From an uncultured Methanomicrobiaceae archaeon (GTDB lineage: Archaea; Halobacteriota; Methanomicrobia; Methanomicrobiales; Methanoculleaceae): a stretch of DNA of 64,000 bases. The DNA lies in assembly GCA_963826525.1 (NCBI GenBank), contig CAWGXH010000004.1, forward strand, positions 448,001 through 512,000, given 5' to 3'. The position numbers and the translations under genes are program-made. Below the pieces are notes generated by a model. That model ran no database searches. It was not told the origin of the DNA and saw nothing but the letters and a program-made list of their open reading frames with translations. This document shows, in pieces, positions 26,455 to 38,135 of this stretch (the stretch's first letter is position 1; the number at the start of each line of letters is the position of its first letter).

Positions 26455-26948
26455 GGGTAAGCGTTCAGGAAACGGGGGTATATGAATTGACGGCGGGCGC
26501 GGGTTGAAAGTGAACAGGGGGTGCCCCGGTGCGTTCGTAGAGTGCCGCGAAGACTGGTCGGGAGGGCTGCCTGAGGTCACCGGGAGGAGAAGCCCGGTTC
26601 GGATTGGAGTGGCCTCGTGCAACGCACCGGCCGAAACGAGCTCACTACGGGCCGGAGCGTGAACAGGTGCCTCTCGTCGGGCCGCCGCAGCGGGGCTCGG
26701 GGGAGGAGACCTTTCCGAAGGGATTTTCGAAACACCTGCAGGGTTACGTGCGGGGGAGGACAATCGACACAAAGGATTTATTCACTGTTTTGAGAACTTG
26801 TAACCATTGAACGCAAAGTAAGCCGGACAGACATAGCCACCTGATACAGCAACTCCCGGGTGCAATGTGGAGATTACAAAGACCCCCGGGATTCAGGAGC
26901 TTCAAAAAGCTCGATTCTTGAAAACCAATCATAGAAAAGGAGAATGAC

Positions 26949-27790
26949 ATGCAAATATCCAGCCTACCGGCGATAACAAAACCCCCTGCTCTCTATGAAA
27001 AAGGCACTGCAAGTATGTGGGAGGACGATCACATATCCGGGCATCTCCTGACAATGCATCTCAATCCGGAGATTGATGCGGCAAGCAGAAAAAGACCTGC
27101 AATCCAGCAAACCGTACAATGGATCGAATCGCACCTGCACGGAGGACAAAAAAGCATTCTTGACCTCGGGTGCGGTCCGGGCCTGGACCGCGAAATGCTG
27201 GCCAAAGCCGGCCACCTGGTAGCCGGAGTGGACTATTCAGAGCGATCCATCGCCTATGCGAAGCAGGAGGCAGCCCGGAACGATCTAACCATAGAGTATC
27301 TCCACCAGAATTATCTCCACCTCGCCTTCGAAGACCGGTTCGATCTCGTCATGATGGTCTACTGCGACTTTGACGTGCTGATTCCTGAAGACCGAAACCG
27401 GCTCTTACAAAATATCTATCGTGCTCTCAAGCCGGGAGGGCTGTTTATCTTCGATACCCTCAACATGAAAGCACCGGATACGATGAAGGTTCCCGGCAGA
27501 ACCTGGGAGGCCGCTGAAAGTGGATTCTGGAAGAACGAGCCGTATCTGACCCTCTCCGAGACATTTCATTACGGCGAGGCGAATGTCATTCTTCAGCAGC
27601 ATGTCGTCTGCTCGAAAGCAGACCGGGCGCCGTTTACCGGTTCTGGACTCATTACTATCACCCGGAAAACCTTACGCCGATCCTGAAAGAGCAGGGCTTT
27701 TCAGAGGTAGATTACTACGAGAATCTGTTGCCGGACAATGGAGACGGAACGAGCGAGATGATCACGTTCGTTGTAGCACGAAGAGCGTAA
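26949..27790 (+). CDS. Class I SAM-dependent methyltransferase (3' frameshift)
   Basis: ILDLGCGPGL, GVDYSERSI and LKPGGLFIFD. Confidence 0.88.
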
Positions 27791-27896
27791 TATCCGGGAT
27801 CGAAACAGCCCCTCTTTTTTCAGGCTGCTGCAGAACGACGGCACTCTGCCGACCCTGTGGGTTCCGGGATGAACGCAGGGCGGCATACCGCACGAA

Positions 27897-28709
27897 CTAG
27901 CCGAGCGCGACATCCAATACCATCATGGTCACAAAACCGAGGATCAGGCTCATCATGGCGAGATCCGTATGCCCGTGCCCCTGCGACTCTGGGATCACCG
28001 CTTCCCCGACGACGAAGATCATCGCACCGGCAGCAAAGGCGAGGGCATACGGGAGCAACGGCTGGACGAAAAATACCAGGGCTGCCCCGAAAACGGCAGC
28101 AATGGGTTCTACAACCGCAGAGAGCTGGCCATACCAGAAACTCCTGATCCGGGAATACCCTTCCCCGGCGAGCGGGGCGGATACGGCAAAACCTTCAGGG
28201 AAGTTCTGCAGGCCGATGCCGACGGTAAGAGCAATCGCCGCTCCCAGAGGTTCTTGTGAGAGGCTCGTCGCGACGGCACCAAACGCCACCCCGACCGCAA
28301 GCCCTTCCGGGATATTGTGCATCGTGATGGCGACCACCAGGAGCGTCGTCCTGTGGAGGGATGAACTCGGCCCTTCCGCCTCCGGGAGGGGATAGCCCGG
28401 GTGGAGGTGCGGGAGCAGGGGATCGAGTCCTCTCAGGAACACGCCGCCGGCGATGAACCCGACGGCCGCCGGAATGCAGGCCCCAAGGCCGGTCGATCCG
28501 GAGAGCTCGATCGCGGGGAGCAGGAGCGACCAGAAACTGGCGGCAATCATAACGCCGGCTGCGAATCCCAGCATGCCGTCCAATCTCCGGCGGTTCATCT
28601 CCCGCGAGAAGAAAACGCCCCCGGCGCCGAGAGCGGTCAGTCCCCAGGTGAAAATCCCGGCAAGAAGCGCCTGCAGAATCGGATTCAACCCGGCAAACTG
28701 GGTGAACAT
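27897..28709 (-). CDS. ZIP family metal transporter (GufA/ZupT-like)
   Basis: GFAAGVMIAASFWSLL, HNIPEG, QNFPEG and multiple TM helices. Confidence 0.92.
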   Translation of the reverse strand: MFTQFAGLNPILQALLAGIFTWGLTALGAGGVFFSREMNRRRLDGMLGFAAGVMIAASFWSLLLPAIELSGSTGLGACIPAAVGFIAGGVFLRGLDPLLPHLHPGYPLPEAEGPSSSLHRTTLLVVAITMHNIPEGLAVGVAFGAVATSLSQEPLGAAIALTVGIGLQNFPEGFAVSAPLAGEGYSRIRSFWYGQLSAVVEPIAAVFGAALVFFVQPLLPYALAFAAGAMIFVVGEAVIPESQGHGHTDLAMMSLILGFVTMMVLDVALG

Positions 28710-28838
28710 CGTGTTGTTACTCCGGGGCGGTGTACGCCCCTTCGGTTCGGTCTGATGGATGAACCGGGGATTCGGCACCCGGACGATCGACAGCGCTTCA
28801 TCGCACCCGGAAAAGAAGGGGGAGCGCCCACCCTCCTC

Positions 28839-29390
28839 CTAGCGAAGGAACTTCGAGACAAAAGGCGACGTATCTCCTCTCCGGAGGAAATGACCTGAAG
28901 GCCCTTCTCCGAGAAACTCGGAGAACCATGACTCGTGCTCGATCTCCTCGTTGAGGATCGAGAGCGAAAGGTCGTAGGTGCGGTGATCCTTGCCGGCGGT
29001 CAGGTTGCAGATCGCCGTATACCCTCGTACGGCACACCGCTCCGCGTTCACCAGCACCGTGAGCATCGCGGTAATATCCCTCGGATCCTCAGGTAACCGT
29101 GCAGGCTTGCAGGCGGATATGTTGTGGAAATCCACCATATTCTCGGGAAGTTTTCCGCCCAGTTCATAAATGCGGGGAAGAAGCGCCTCGAAATGATTGC
29201 GGTCCTCGACGCGTGCCGTCTCGGCGATCTCTTTTATTCCCTCTCCCTCAAGCCCGATCAGGTTGAAACGGAGAATAGTATAGTAGTAATACGTGGTCAG
29301 TTCGGCCGCTGCATTTTTTACGAGCAGTTCGAGGAGTTTCTCGACGTCGACTCCTGTTTTCTCCACCATTTCACGTGTAACTTTCGCCAT
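28839..29390 (-). CDS. dps: Dps-like (DPSL) ferritin-like protein
   Basis: AELTTYYYY, EDRNHFE, AERCAV..Y and EEIEHESWF. Confidence 0.9.
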   Translation of the reverse strand: MAKVTREMVEKTGVDVEKLLELLVKNAAAELTTYYYYTILRFNLIGLEGEGIKEIAETARVEDRNHFEALLPRIYELGGKLPENMVDFHNISACKPARLPEDPRDITAMLTVLVNAERCAVRGYTAICNLTAGKDHRTYDLSLSILNEEIEHESWFSEFLGEGPSGHFLRRGDTSPFVSKFLR

Positions 29391-30099
29391 TTTTCCACCT
29401 CGGTAGGGTTACGACCAGATCAGGCCATCCATCCTTCTTCCGATATATAACTCTTGGGATGAGACGACCGGAATAGTGGACAGTTGGCGTGCCGGGTCTT
29501 CATGGCGGCATGACATTGGCGGGAGCAGCAGTTTTGTCCCGGCGATGCTCCCGGGTTCGTAGTTCACTACAAAATGAACGTAGCCAGTGCAGAGCGGTTT
29601 GCATGGTGAAGAGCCCGATGCTCCTCCATGCATTCGCATATTCGCCAGGAGACGGAATAGCATGGTGCCGTTTTCGGTTGCGGTGAAATGGGATCGAGCC
29701 TCCGTCAGGTCGTGAAAGAAGCCTCTGCGCTGTACGGCATCCCGGAAGAGTATGTGGTCGTGGCGCAGGGCGTCTTTCTACCTCAGGGGTAAGCGTCCGG
29801 GGAACAGGGGCATATGCATTGGCGGCGAGGGGGGTGGAAGTGAATGTTACGATCAACGATCCGCACCGAAGGAAGATTTTTGCGAAGGTAGACCGGCAGG
29901 TGACGACCGAAGACGCCGGGATGAGACCCACACGCCTCTAGCCGACACGGGAAGGCCGACATGGTGCCCATGACCTCCGTACGGCGATCCAATACACCAT
30001 ACGAGCGAAAAGGTTAAATAATCCCTCGAGATCCATTCCTGCATCGAACGAGGTGAGTTCACGCAGGATCTGAACGATCAACGGGATGCCTGGGACCAG

Positions 30100-30927
30100 T
30101 TGAATGCACGACACATCCGTCACCCGCTCAGGGCGGTGGTTTGTGTTGATGACCTGGATAACGCCTATATCGACAGCAGCCAGAAACGCCTCGTTTCAGG
30201 AGCGGTCAGGCTGGAACCGCACTATACGGTACTCGATTACGGGTGCGGCGTCGGCCGGTGGACGCTCTGGTTCGCCCGGCAGGTGCAGCACGTTGTCGGG
30301 GTGGACATCTCGCCGAAGATGGTGGAGGCGGCACGGCAGGCGGCGGATCGGGCAGGTATCCGTAATGCCGAACACTACGCCATCGACGGCATACCGCTTC
30401 CCTTCGAGGATGGTGCGTTCGACCTTGTCAATGCCGTCTGGGTGCTGCGGTATATCACCGACGACGGCGAACTCGCACGCACCGTTCACGAGCTCTGCCG
30501 GGTTGTCCGGCCGGGCGGGCATATTACGTTCATCGAGAAGATCGCGCGGGAGCAGCCGGAGTTCAGGGAACATGAGGGTGAATTCAGCGGAGCGACCGTA
30601 TACCGGAGATGGGAGGAGTACCGATCGCTCTTTGAGGAGTGCGGTATGACGACAAAGGGGAGTGCGATCTCGAGTTCGTCACCCCTCTACTGGCCGTATG
30701 TCATGGCCCGCAACACCGCGAGGCGCTGGAGGCTGCCGGATCCGCTATCACGAGTAGCCCCATTGATCATGTCTGCGAGCCTTGCCGGGGAGGGTTTGAC
30801 CGTACGACTGATGCAGTTCCTGGTCGACCGTCACCTCATCTATTGCCAGCATCGTTTCTTCTGCTTCCAGAAACCGGAGGAGAGCGATCCGTCCCCGGAT
30901 GCCGGCTACCCTCGCTCGACAGGATGA
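30100..30927 (+). CDS. Class I SAM-dependent methyltransferase (true start may lie upstream)
   Basis: VLDYGCGVGRW, GVDIS, LPFEDGAFD and RVVRPGG. Confidence 0.82.
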   Translation: MNARHIRHPLRAVVCVDDLDNAYIDSSQKRLVSGAVRLEPHYTVLDYGCGVGRWTLWFARQVQHVVGVDISPKMVEAARQAADRAGIRNAEHYAIDGIPLPFEDGAFDLVNAVWVLRYITDDGELARTVHELCRVVRPGGHITFIEKIAREQPEFREHEGEFSGATVYRRWEEYRSLFEECGMTTKGSAISSSSPLYWPYVMARNTARRWRLPDPLSRVAPLIMSASLAGEGLTVRLMQFLVDRHLIYCQHRFFCFQKPEESDPSPDAGYPRSTG

Positions 30928-30944
30928 GGTCGCCCCCACGTCAC

Positions 30945-31545
30945 CGGCTCGACCGGTGCGGGGATTATTTCAGCAGGGGGTATCCGTTGCCGCGGGACGT
31001 GGGGCGGTCGGAGCGGTTGCTTTAAAAAAAAAGGAAGGGGGTATTTCAACTCCGTTTCAGAGCGTTGATGGCGATGTTGAAGGGATCGTTTCCATCCGCG
31101 TAGATGAGTTCGATCTCGTCGGGAGCGATAATGGAACCGGTAGAATACCCTCCGCCGTCCTCGATCAACGTAATTGTCTTCCCGTCAAGGCCGATTATCC
31201 CGGCATAGGGGGCGTTCTCCCAGACCGGGGAACCGGTTTCGTTCGTGAAGCTGAACTCTCCCGAAAAGACCGGTCTTCCTGTTCGGTGACGCTCATGGTG
31301 ATGGTGTACCCGGAGAAGTTGGTGTATCCGATCCCATACTCGTAGCCCACCATGGTGCCGGTCCAGTTCCCGATAAGGCTCGGAGTTTCGACAGCGGCAG
31401 CAACGGTGTTCTGCTGAGAGGTGGTGGTCGTACAGCCGCAGATCAGTACGGCGATGAGGAGGATACTTGCACATAGGACGGCTTTTCCGTTCATACTGTC
31501 TGGGTGAAGCCCGATACGAGATAAACCTGATCTTTTCGCGCGGCC
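30945..31545 (-). repeat. Repeat unit A copy 1 (lipoprotein gene plus both flanks)
   Basis: The gene, upstream gaagcccg.ta.gagataaacc.gatcttttcgcgc and ~100 bp downstream all recur at ~33950-34545; the 3' part also recurs at ~37125-37338. Confidence 0.8.
31046..31494 (-). CDS. Beta-rich lipoprotein of unknown function, paralog 1 (one frameshift)
   Basis: Lipobox ICGC; P.LIGNWTGTMVGY...IEDGGGYSTG.I.APDEIELIY. Confidence 0.8.
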
Positions 31546-31864
31546 ATGCCGAAAAGGCGCGGATATAGGCCTGTTCTTCACCGGCACGGCAGGTGCTGCG
31601 GCGTCGCGAATTTTGAGACCGGAAGAGGCCGCGAGACCGTGCAATCACCCTTTCCGGCTTTCCGGCTCGACACGCTCTCCGGAGTCCCCGTAACGAAGAG
31701 CGGGATGCACGGGATCAGGTACCTGCCGCATCTTTGACCCGGGGCAGACTCATGGCCAATTTCTCCTGCCACGCTCATCATTGAGCTGAGCATGATGACG
31801 GCGCACCAGGGGGCCATGGCTACTGCTTTTCGCCCGCTATCGTGCAGAGAGGAAGGTTACGAGG

Positions 31865-32322
31865 ATGGATACACGACAGTTTTGCATGCAACCGGTAGGC
31901 GTCATCCGTACCGGCGGAGAATCGTGCTCGATCGAGATCGCCGAGCCGTTCCGGCCGGCCCTCGACGGATTCAGCCATATACTCGTGCTCTGGTGGGCCG
32001 ATCGCGTCGATACCAAAGAGCTCCGGAGCGAGACCACGGGCCTGAGACGATCGGGATCTTCGCCACCCGGTCGCCGGTCAGGCCGAACCCGATCGCGCTC
32101 TCGGCGGTTCCGGTTCTCGGGATCGATACTGCCGCCGGGATCATCGCGGTTCCGTATGTCGATGCCGACGACGGGACGCCGGTCCTGGATATCAAGCCGT
32201 ACTTACCGGCGACCGAGCGCATCCGGGACGTGAAGGTGCCTGCCTGGTCCGCTCACTGGCCGCAGTGGTACGAGGACAATTGGGGATTCGACTGGGCGGC
32301 GGAGTTCACCTTCGAGGACTGA
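31865..32322 (+). CDS. TrmO/TsaA-like SAM-binding protein (frameshift or deletion ~32040)
   Basis: GFSHILVLWW, GIFATRSP.RPNPIALS and DGTPVLDIKPY. Confidence 0.85.
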
Positions 32323-32342
32323 ACGGAGAGCGGCCTTCCCGG

Positions 32343-33828
32343 TCATCCCGACCCGGCCAGCACATTGCCGATCCGGATCACCTCCCGCACGAGGAGATCG
32401 AAGTCTTCTCGCCGGCTGCGATGATTTGCGATGCCGACGTGCAGGTAGTTCCGGCCCCGGAGACTGACGGTCGAGACAACAACAATCCCCTGCTCCTGGA
32501 GTTCGGTCTCGATCCGCTTGTTCACCCCGTCGAGCGCGGCGTCGCTCATGCCGGGCCGGAGATAGCGGAAGTTGACGATGTTCAGCGAGACCGGCAGCGC
32601 CAGCTCGAGCTCCGGAGCGGCCTCTACCAACCCGGCCAGATAGTGCGCCTGCTCGATATTCTGCTCGATGAGCCGCCCGTACCTCTCGGTGCCGTGCTCC
32701 TTGAACGTCATCCAGGCCTTGAGCGCGTGAAAGCCGCGTGAGAGCTCGAAGCCATAATCGGAAAGCCAGGGGACGTCGATGCCGGTCAACCCGCGTTCTC
32801 CTTCGCCGTGGGCGAGGTACGTCGGGGTCAGCGAGAACGCCCGGCGGTGCTCGTCGGCGTTCCTGACGAGGACGCAGCCGATAGGGTACGCCAGGTACAT
32901 CCACTTGTGCAGATCGAACGCCAGGGAGTCCGCCCGCTCCATGCCGGCGACGAGATGGTTATACTTCGGAGCGATTGCTGTCCAGGCGCCGCAGGCACCG
33001 TCGACATGGAACCAGCAGTTCTCCTCGGCGCAGATGTCCGCGAGCGCGTTGAGGTCGTCGATCGCGGCCGTGCTGGTCGTCCCGGCGCACCCGACGATGC
33101 AGGCAGGACGTAAGCCGTCCGCACGGTCGCTTTTGATAGCCGCTTTCAGGGCCGCAAGGTCGATCTGCATCGACTCGTTCACCGGGATCCGGCGCAGCGC
33201 ATCGTCCCCGAAGCCGAGCAGTTCGACGGCCTTCTGGATCGAGGAATGGGCTTCCTCCGAGCAGTAGAGGGTCATCTGCTGCGGTGCGTTCGTCATTCCC
33301 CTGCTCCGGACGTCGAACCCGGCCATGGCGTTCCGGGCGACGGCCAGGGCGATCAGGTTCGAGGCGGAGCAGCCGCTGGTCAGAAGGCCGGTGGCGGTGG
33401 GGGGATACCGAAGGAGGGTCTTGCACCAGTCGACGACCTGCATCTCGACGTAGTTGTTGCTGACGTAGGAGAAGGCTCCGCTGACGGCGTCGGTCGAGGC
33501 CGCCAGGAACTCGGCGAACATGCCCATCACAGTCCCGGACCCGGCGACCCAGCCCCAGAACCGCGGGTGGCTGTTGCCGAGCTGGTAGGGGAGGATGCAC
33601 TCGAAGGTACTCCCGGTAGACCTCGTCGGGCGGTTCGGGGTCGGGCGGCGGCGGGCCCGTGAAGTGGGTTTTCACCTGCGGCGGCGCATGCTCCCAGACG
33701 GGACGGTCGCGCAGCGTCTCGAGATAGTCCATAGCGTCGTCGAGGATCCGGTGCCCGAGTGCCCGCATGGCCTCCCAGTCTTCCGGGTCCAGGGTTTCTT
33801 CGGAGCGTGCTTCGGTCTGTAGGTTCAT
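32343..33828 (-). CDS. Group II PLP-dependent amino acid decarboxylase (frameshift ~33600)
   Basis: HPRFWGWV, AHSSIQKA, HVDGA.G and DSLAFDLHKW (PLP lysine). Confidence 0.9.
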
Positions 33829-34022
33829 GACGTTCCTCGTTTCACAGTCTTCGGATGAGAATATAATCCTGTTCGATGCGGGGGACAGCGGGATCTCGAC
33901 CGCTGTCACTGCGATCTTCTCCTTCACGGCCGGCTTTACGGCGTCGGGCGTCACCGGGCGGCCGGTATAGGGATTGTTCCCGTAGACAAACCCATTGCCG
34001 TGGGGAGTGGCTCGAACTGTTG

Positions 34023-34490
34023 TTAAGGCAGAAAAGAAAGGGGGGTTTTACTCCGCTTCAGCGAGTCGATTGCAACGGTGATGGGCTCGTCCCCGTCCAC
34101 GTGGACGATCTCTATCTCGTCGGGAGCGAGAACGGAGCCGGAGGAATACCCTCCGTCGTGCTCGATCAGAGTGAACGTCGCACCGTCACGGCCGATCACA
34201 CCGGCACAGGGAGAGGAGTCCCGGATTACGAATCCGCTCTTGTTCGTGACGGCGATCGTTCCCGAAAAGACCCGGTCCTGCTGCTCGGTGACGCTCATGG
34301 TGAGGGTGCAGCCGGAGAAGTCGGTATATCCCGCTCCGTCCACGTAGCCGACCATGGTGCCGCTCCAGTTCCCGACGAGGTCGGGAGTCCCGGCGGCGAC
34401 AGCAGTGGTCTGCTGGGAGGTGGTCGTGCATCCGCAGATCAGTACGGCGACGAGGAGGGTAATCGCACAGAGGACGATTTTCGCGTTCAT
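34023..34490 (-). CDS. Beta-rich lipoprotein, paralog 2 (repeat unit A copy 2)
   Basis: Colinear with 31046-31494 throughout. Confidence 0.8.
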   Translation of the reverse strand: MNAKIVLCAITLLVAVLICGCTTTSQQTTAVAAGTPDLVGNWSGTMVGYVDGAGYTDFSGCTLTMSVTEQQDRVFSGTIAVTNKSGFVIRDSSPCAGVIGRDGATFTLIEHDGGYSSGSVLAPDEIEIVHVDGDEPITVAIDSLKRSKTPLSFLP

Positions 34491-34909
34491 AGTACCCTGG
34501 ATGAAGCCCGGTAAGAGATAAACCAGATCTTTTCGCGCCGCCGCGCCTGCCGACGTTCATCCATGAAAGAATCCCATCCCGCGTGTTGATGCCATCAGGT
34601 GAGGGGATACCCTGCCGCACCGAACCAGGCGTTCATACTCATTACGACGGGTGCGACAGGCAGGGGTGTCCGCCATCCCCTCTCACAGGGCCGGATAACC
34701 GCACGTATTCAACACAGGATACCCGGGGACAGCATATCGAAGGGTAACGCTCTCTGAGTGGAGGTCGGAGTTACTGAAACAGAGCGGAGGGACTCCTGTG
34801 AGTTCTATTCCGTGAGATAAGAGACGCAATTTTAGGGTCAGGGTCTTCCCTCGCCGGTAATCGGGACCTGTATCCCTCAAAGCAGACTCCACCGCCAACC
34901 TCTTCTCAC

Positions 34910-35182
34910 TCAGGCCGGTCCGGTTGGGCTCGCTGCGTCCGCCGGCAGGGCCACGAGCGTCTCGATCTCCATCCGGTCCAGCCGCCGCAGGGCCATCTCC
35001 ATCGCTGCTTTTTCGTTCGGGGCTTCGAAGAGCACGACGGTATCGTACCGTCCGAGCGTCCAGTAGATGCCGAGGTAGCGAACCCCTCCTTCCGTGTCGG
35101 TCTCGATATCTTTCAGGTTTTTGGCAACAACTTCCTCGGTCAGCTCCTGCTTGAACTTCGCCAGTGCAATAAACAGCATCAT
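34910..35182 (-). CDS. GYD domain protein
   Basis: YWTLGRYD.V..FEAP and ETL.A motifs. Confidence 0.85.
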   Translation of the reverse strand: MMLFIALAKFKQELTEEVVAKNLKDIETDTEGGVRYLGIYWTLGRYDTVVLFEAPNEKAAMEMALRRLDRMEIETLVALPADAASPTGPA

Positions 35183-35553
35183 TTCACCTCGTCCCCTTGT
35201 CAGGACATTCCAACATGCGAGAGCGAACCAGATAAAGGTAGTATATACTATACGCATCCTCACAGGCGGCGAAAAGCGAGATGCGCCTCTCCTGGAAAGT
35301 TTTATCGGGAGAGAGGGGCGGAATGAGGGATTCACGCTCCGGCAGCGTACCGGAAGCGGAGCACGACCATCTCACGGGTGCAGGTCGTAGCATCCCGCGA
35401 GCCGGGCAACACCGCAGCCTCACGCTCACGGACGGCGAACGCCTTCCGATGTCAAAATGGAGGGCTCACTGCACGAGGAGAGCGGTTCGGCATGATACAA
35501 CCAAAGGTTTTTCTCGTCCGGAGGGTATTGCAACGGCAAAGGAGGGGAAGTAT

Positions 35554-37032
35554 TTGAGACGTTATATTCTGGTTGCATTCATCGTGACCCTGTTAATCGG
35601 ACCTGCCCTTGCACAGACTGGAGATACAGGTGATGTGGATGCTTTCCGACAGGCACTGGAGCAGGACGGATTCACCGTGCAGGAAGGCGAGATCGGCTAC
35701 TTCGATCTCATCAAATTGTATGATGAAGGAACGCTGCCGTCTGCATACGGAAACAATCCCGCCACGAAGTATCTGGCATACTTCGTCCCGCCGGCACCCG
35801 GCTATCCGGTGGACGAACGGATAGCAACGATAGCGAAGACGCTCGGCATGAGCGGGAACACCTCTTCGTTCTGGCATCTCGGTCCTGACGAGGCCGTCGT
35901 CTTCGTCGGAAACACGCCGCCGGAGTGCCGGTACTTCGGATACGATAACTATCTCATGAGCAGGACCTACGGAGATGGTGATACCCGGTGGATCTTCGCC
36001 AACGTCGCTGATTCGCTGAATAACCTGGTCATCAACACTGACGGGATCAGCGGGAGACCCGTTCAACCGGACGACGGTGATCGTCTCCACGGCCGACCGG
36101 GGGATCGACGAGCGCATCCGTGCTGCCGCCCGAATCGGCGGGGTATCGGACGGCATGATGAACACCCAGGTGTTTCCCTCGTCCATCCTGAAGATGGGTC
36201 TCGAGAACGACTCCGATACGTTCGCCATCTTCATCCGCCCGGCTCTCTTCGCCGATAAACAGGCCGGCGCCGAGATACATCAATAACACCCCGGCGACCA
36301 TCTTCCGCGTGACGCCCAAAAACGCGACGGAACTGGACCCGTATGCGTATCCGAAGCTGCGGGTCCGCGGAACCGGGGAGACGGAGCTTGACCTTACGGA
36401 CGATCTGAGCGACCTCAGAGATGCGATTCTCGAGCGATACAGCAACCTGAACGCCACGGAACTTCCGACGGCTCAGGGATTCCCGGAAGGGAACGATGCT
36501 ATCCAGCGGGGGATCGACGCCGTAGGCCCCAGCAACGATGCAGCGTACTCATGGACCGCAAACCAGACGGTCATCCTCGCCGACGCCGCCTTTCTTCGAC
36601 ACCTCGCAGTACTATGACTTCCTGCGAAACCCGCCGATCACCCTCGGGAACGATACCGATGAGTTCATCATCGTCTACGGGGTCAACCACGTAGCCACCG
36701 GGAAGGCGACGTACGCGAGCTTCTCCTCTACGGAGCGGACGTCTGGAACGGCGTCGGATCGATCACCGACGCGGACTTTTCCGGAACCGCCGAGGAGTAC
36801 CTCCCGGACAACCCGAACGCGAAGTACCTGTACGTCTACAAGATCGCGAGGAACTGCAGCGGCGACCCGCACTGCTTTGAGGTTCCCTCGGGCGTCGGCA
36901 GGTTACGGCATCGAGCCGGACCAGCCGCTCTACATTATCTGGAGGAGCTACCTGGAGAATGCTACAAAGACCGGACCGTCCTACTCGGAGATCGTGTACG
37001 ACCGGGCCATAAAGTTCGACCCGGAGGGGTAG
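35554..37032 (+). CDS. Secreted hypothetical protein (~490 aa, several frameshifts)
   Basis: GGAGG RBS, TTG start and signal peptide; successive overlapping ORF pieces with coding-like bias. Confidence 0.65.
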
Positions 37033-37221
37033 GGGTAACGGAGCCGGGATAGGAGAACGAATCCCGGCCAGAATCGGGATGGGGAGATCGACAAACCCAT
37101 CCCTTCGTTTTTGACAGCGGTAACGCCAGATCGGCCGGTGCGGAGATTCGTTCCCGAGGGGGTATCTCGTTACCGCAGAGCGTGACGTTGCCCGAACGGT
37201 TGCTTAAAAAGGGGGTCTCGC

Positions 37222-37338
37222 TCAGCTCTTCTTCAGCGCATTGATTGCGATGTCGACGGGCTCGTTTCCATCCGCGGAGATGAGTTTTATCTCGTCGGGA
37301 GCGGTAAGGGAGCCGGAAGAATACCCTCCCCCGTGCTC
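37222..37338 (-). pseudogene. 3' remnant of lipoprotein paralog 3 (repeat unit A copy 3)
   Basis: EHGGGYSSGSLTAPDEIKLISADGNEPVDIAINALKKS*; homology stops abruptly at 37338. Confidence 0.8.
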
Positions 37339-37606
37339 ATACACTCACTATTTTCACAAAATCATAGCTTTTCCGGTAATTCAAGTGAAAATGAGGTGGT
37401 TATTCACATGCCCATATCGCCGTAAGTGAAATGTAATGATTAAAGATAGGGAGCGAATAAGGTCACTCGCTTTTTTGCCGCTGCTGCTGCCTTCTTTATT
37501 CCTGCGATAGTTTGCTCTACGGGTCTAATCGGCTAAATGATATGATATTTGGGTGTGCAGGTCTTGCTGCAGCGCTATCGGAAAGCTCGTCAACGGAGTT
37601 AGGGTT

Positions 37607-37972
37607 TCACGCCCGTACCCATTCCCAGGCTTCGGCCAGCCGCTCCTTTTTGAAAAACCGGAGTTCGGTCCGGGTCAGGGTGGTGAATGTCTTGAATAGC
37701 AGGGTCATCCATTCATCCCAATTCTCGTCGATGACCGCCGCCATCTTTTCGACTGCCGAGAACTTTAGACCGAGAAGAAAGTCCTCCCAAGCCCCACCGA
37801 CCGTCCAACCCTCGAACCCCTCAATGACCCATACCATCCTGATCTTCGGGTATTCCTTCATGGCCCTTTCTATCTCCGGGATAAGAAGGTCCTGGTAATC
37901 GGCTTCGCTCAGCTTCCCGCTTATCCGGAACCCAAGAATGTTTCCGGAACTCTCTGGCAGTTTCTCTATCAT
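37607..37972 (-). CDS. SpoIIAA-like (STAS/SEC14) protein
   Basis: ISGKLSEADY, FEGWT.GG.WED and LAEAWEWV. Confidence 0.85.
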   Translation of the reverse strand: MIEKLPESSGNILGFRISGKLSEADYQDLLIPEIERAMKEYPKIRMVWVIEGFEGWTVGGAWEDFLLGLKFSAVEKMAAVIDENWDEWMTLLFKTFTTLTRTELRFFKKERLAEAWEWVRA

Positions 37973-38135
37973 TGTCTCATCCCGGGACAGGAGTCAGGAG
38001 CAGAACTATTTAATATTTCCTGGTGCCCGCCCGGCCGGAAGATACCAAAAAGATCCCTGTTTCAAGGTAGGGATCCACACAATTGAAGGCAGGATGCCCG
38101 GCTGCCGGAAAACCCGACCATTGGTACCAGAGACC

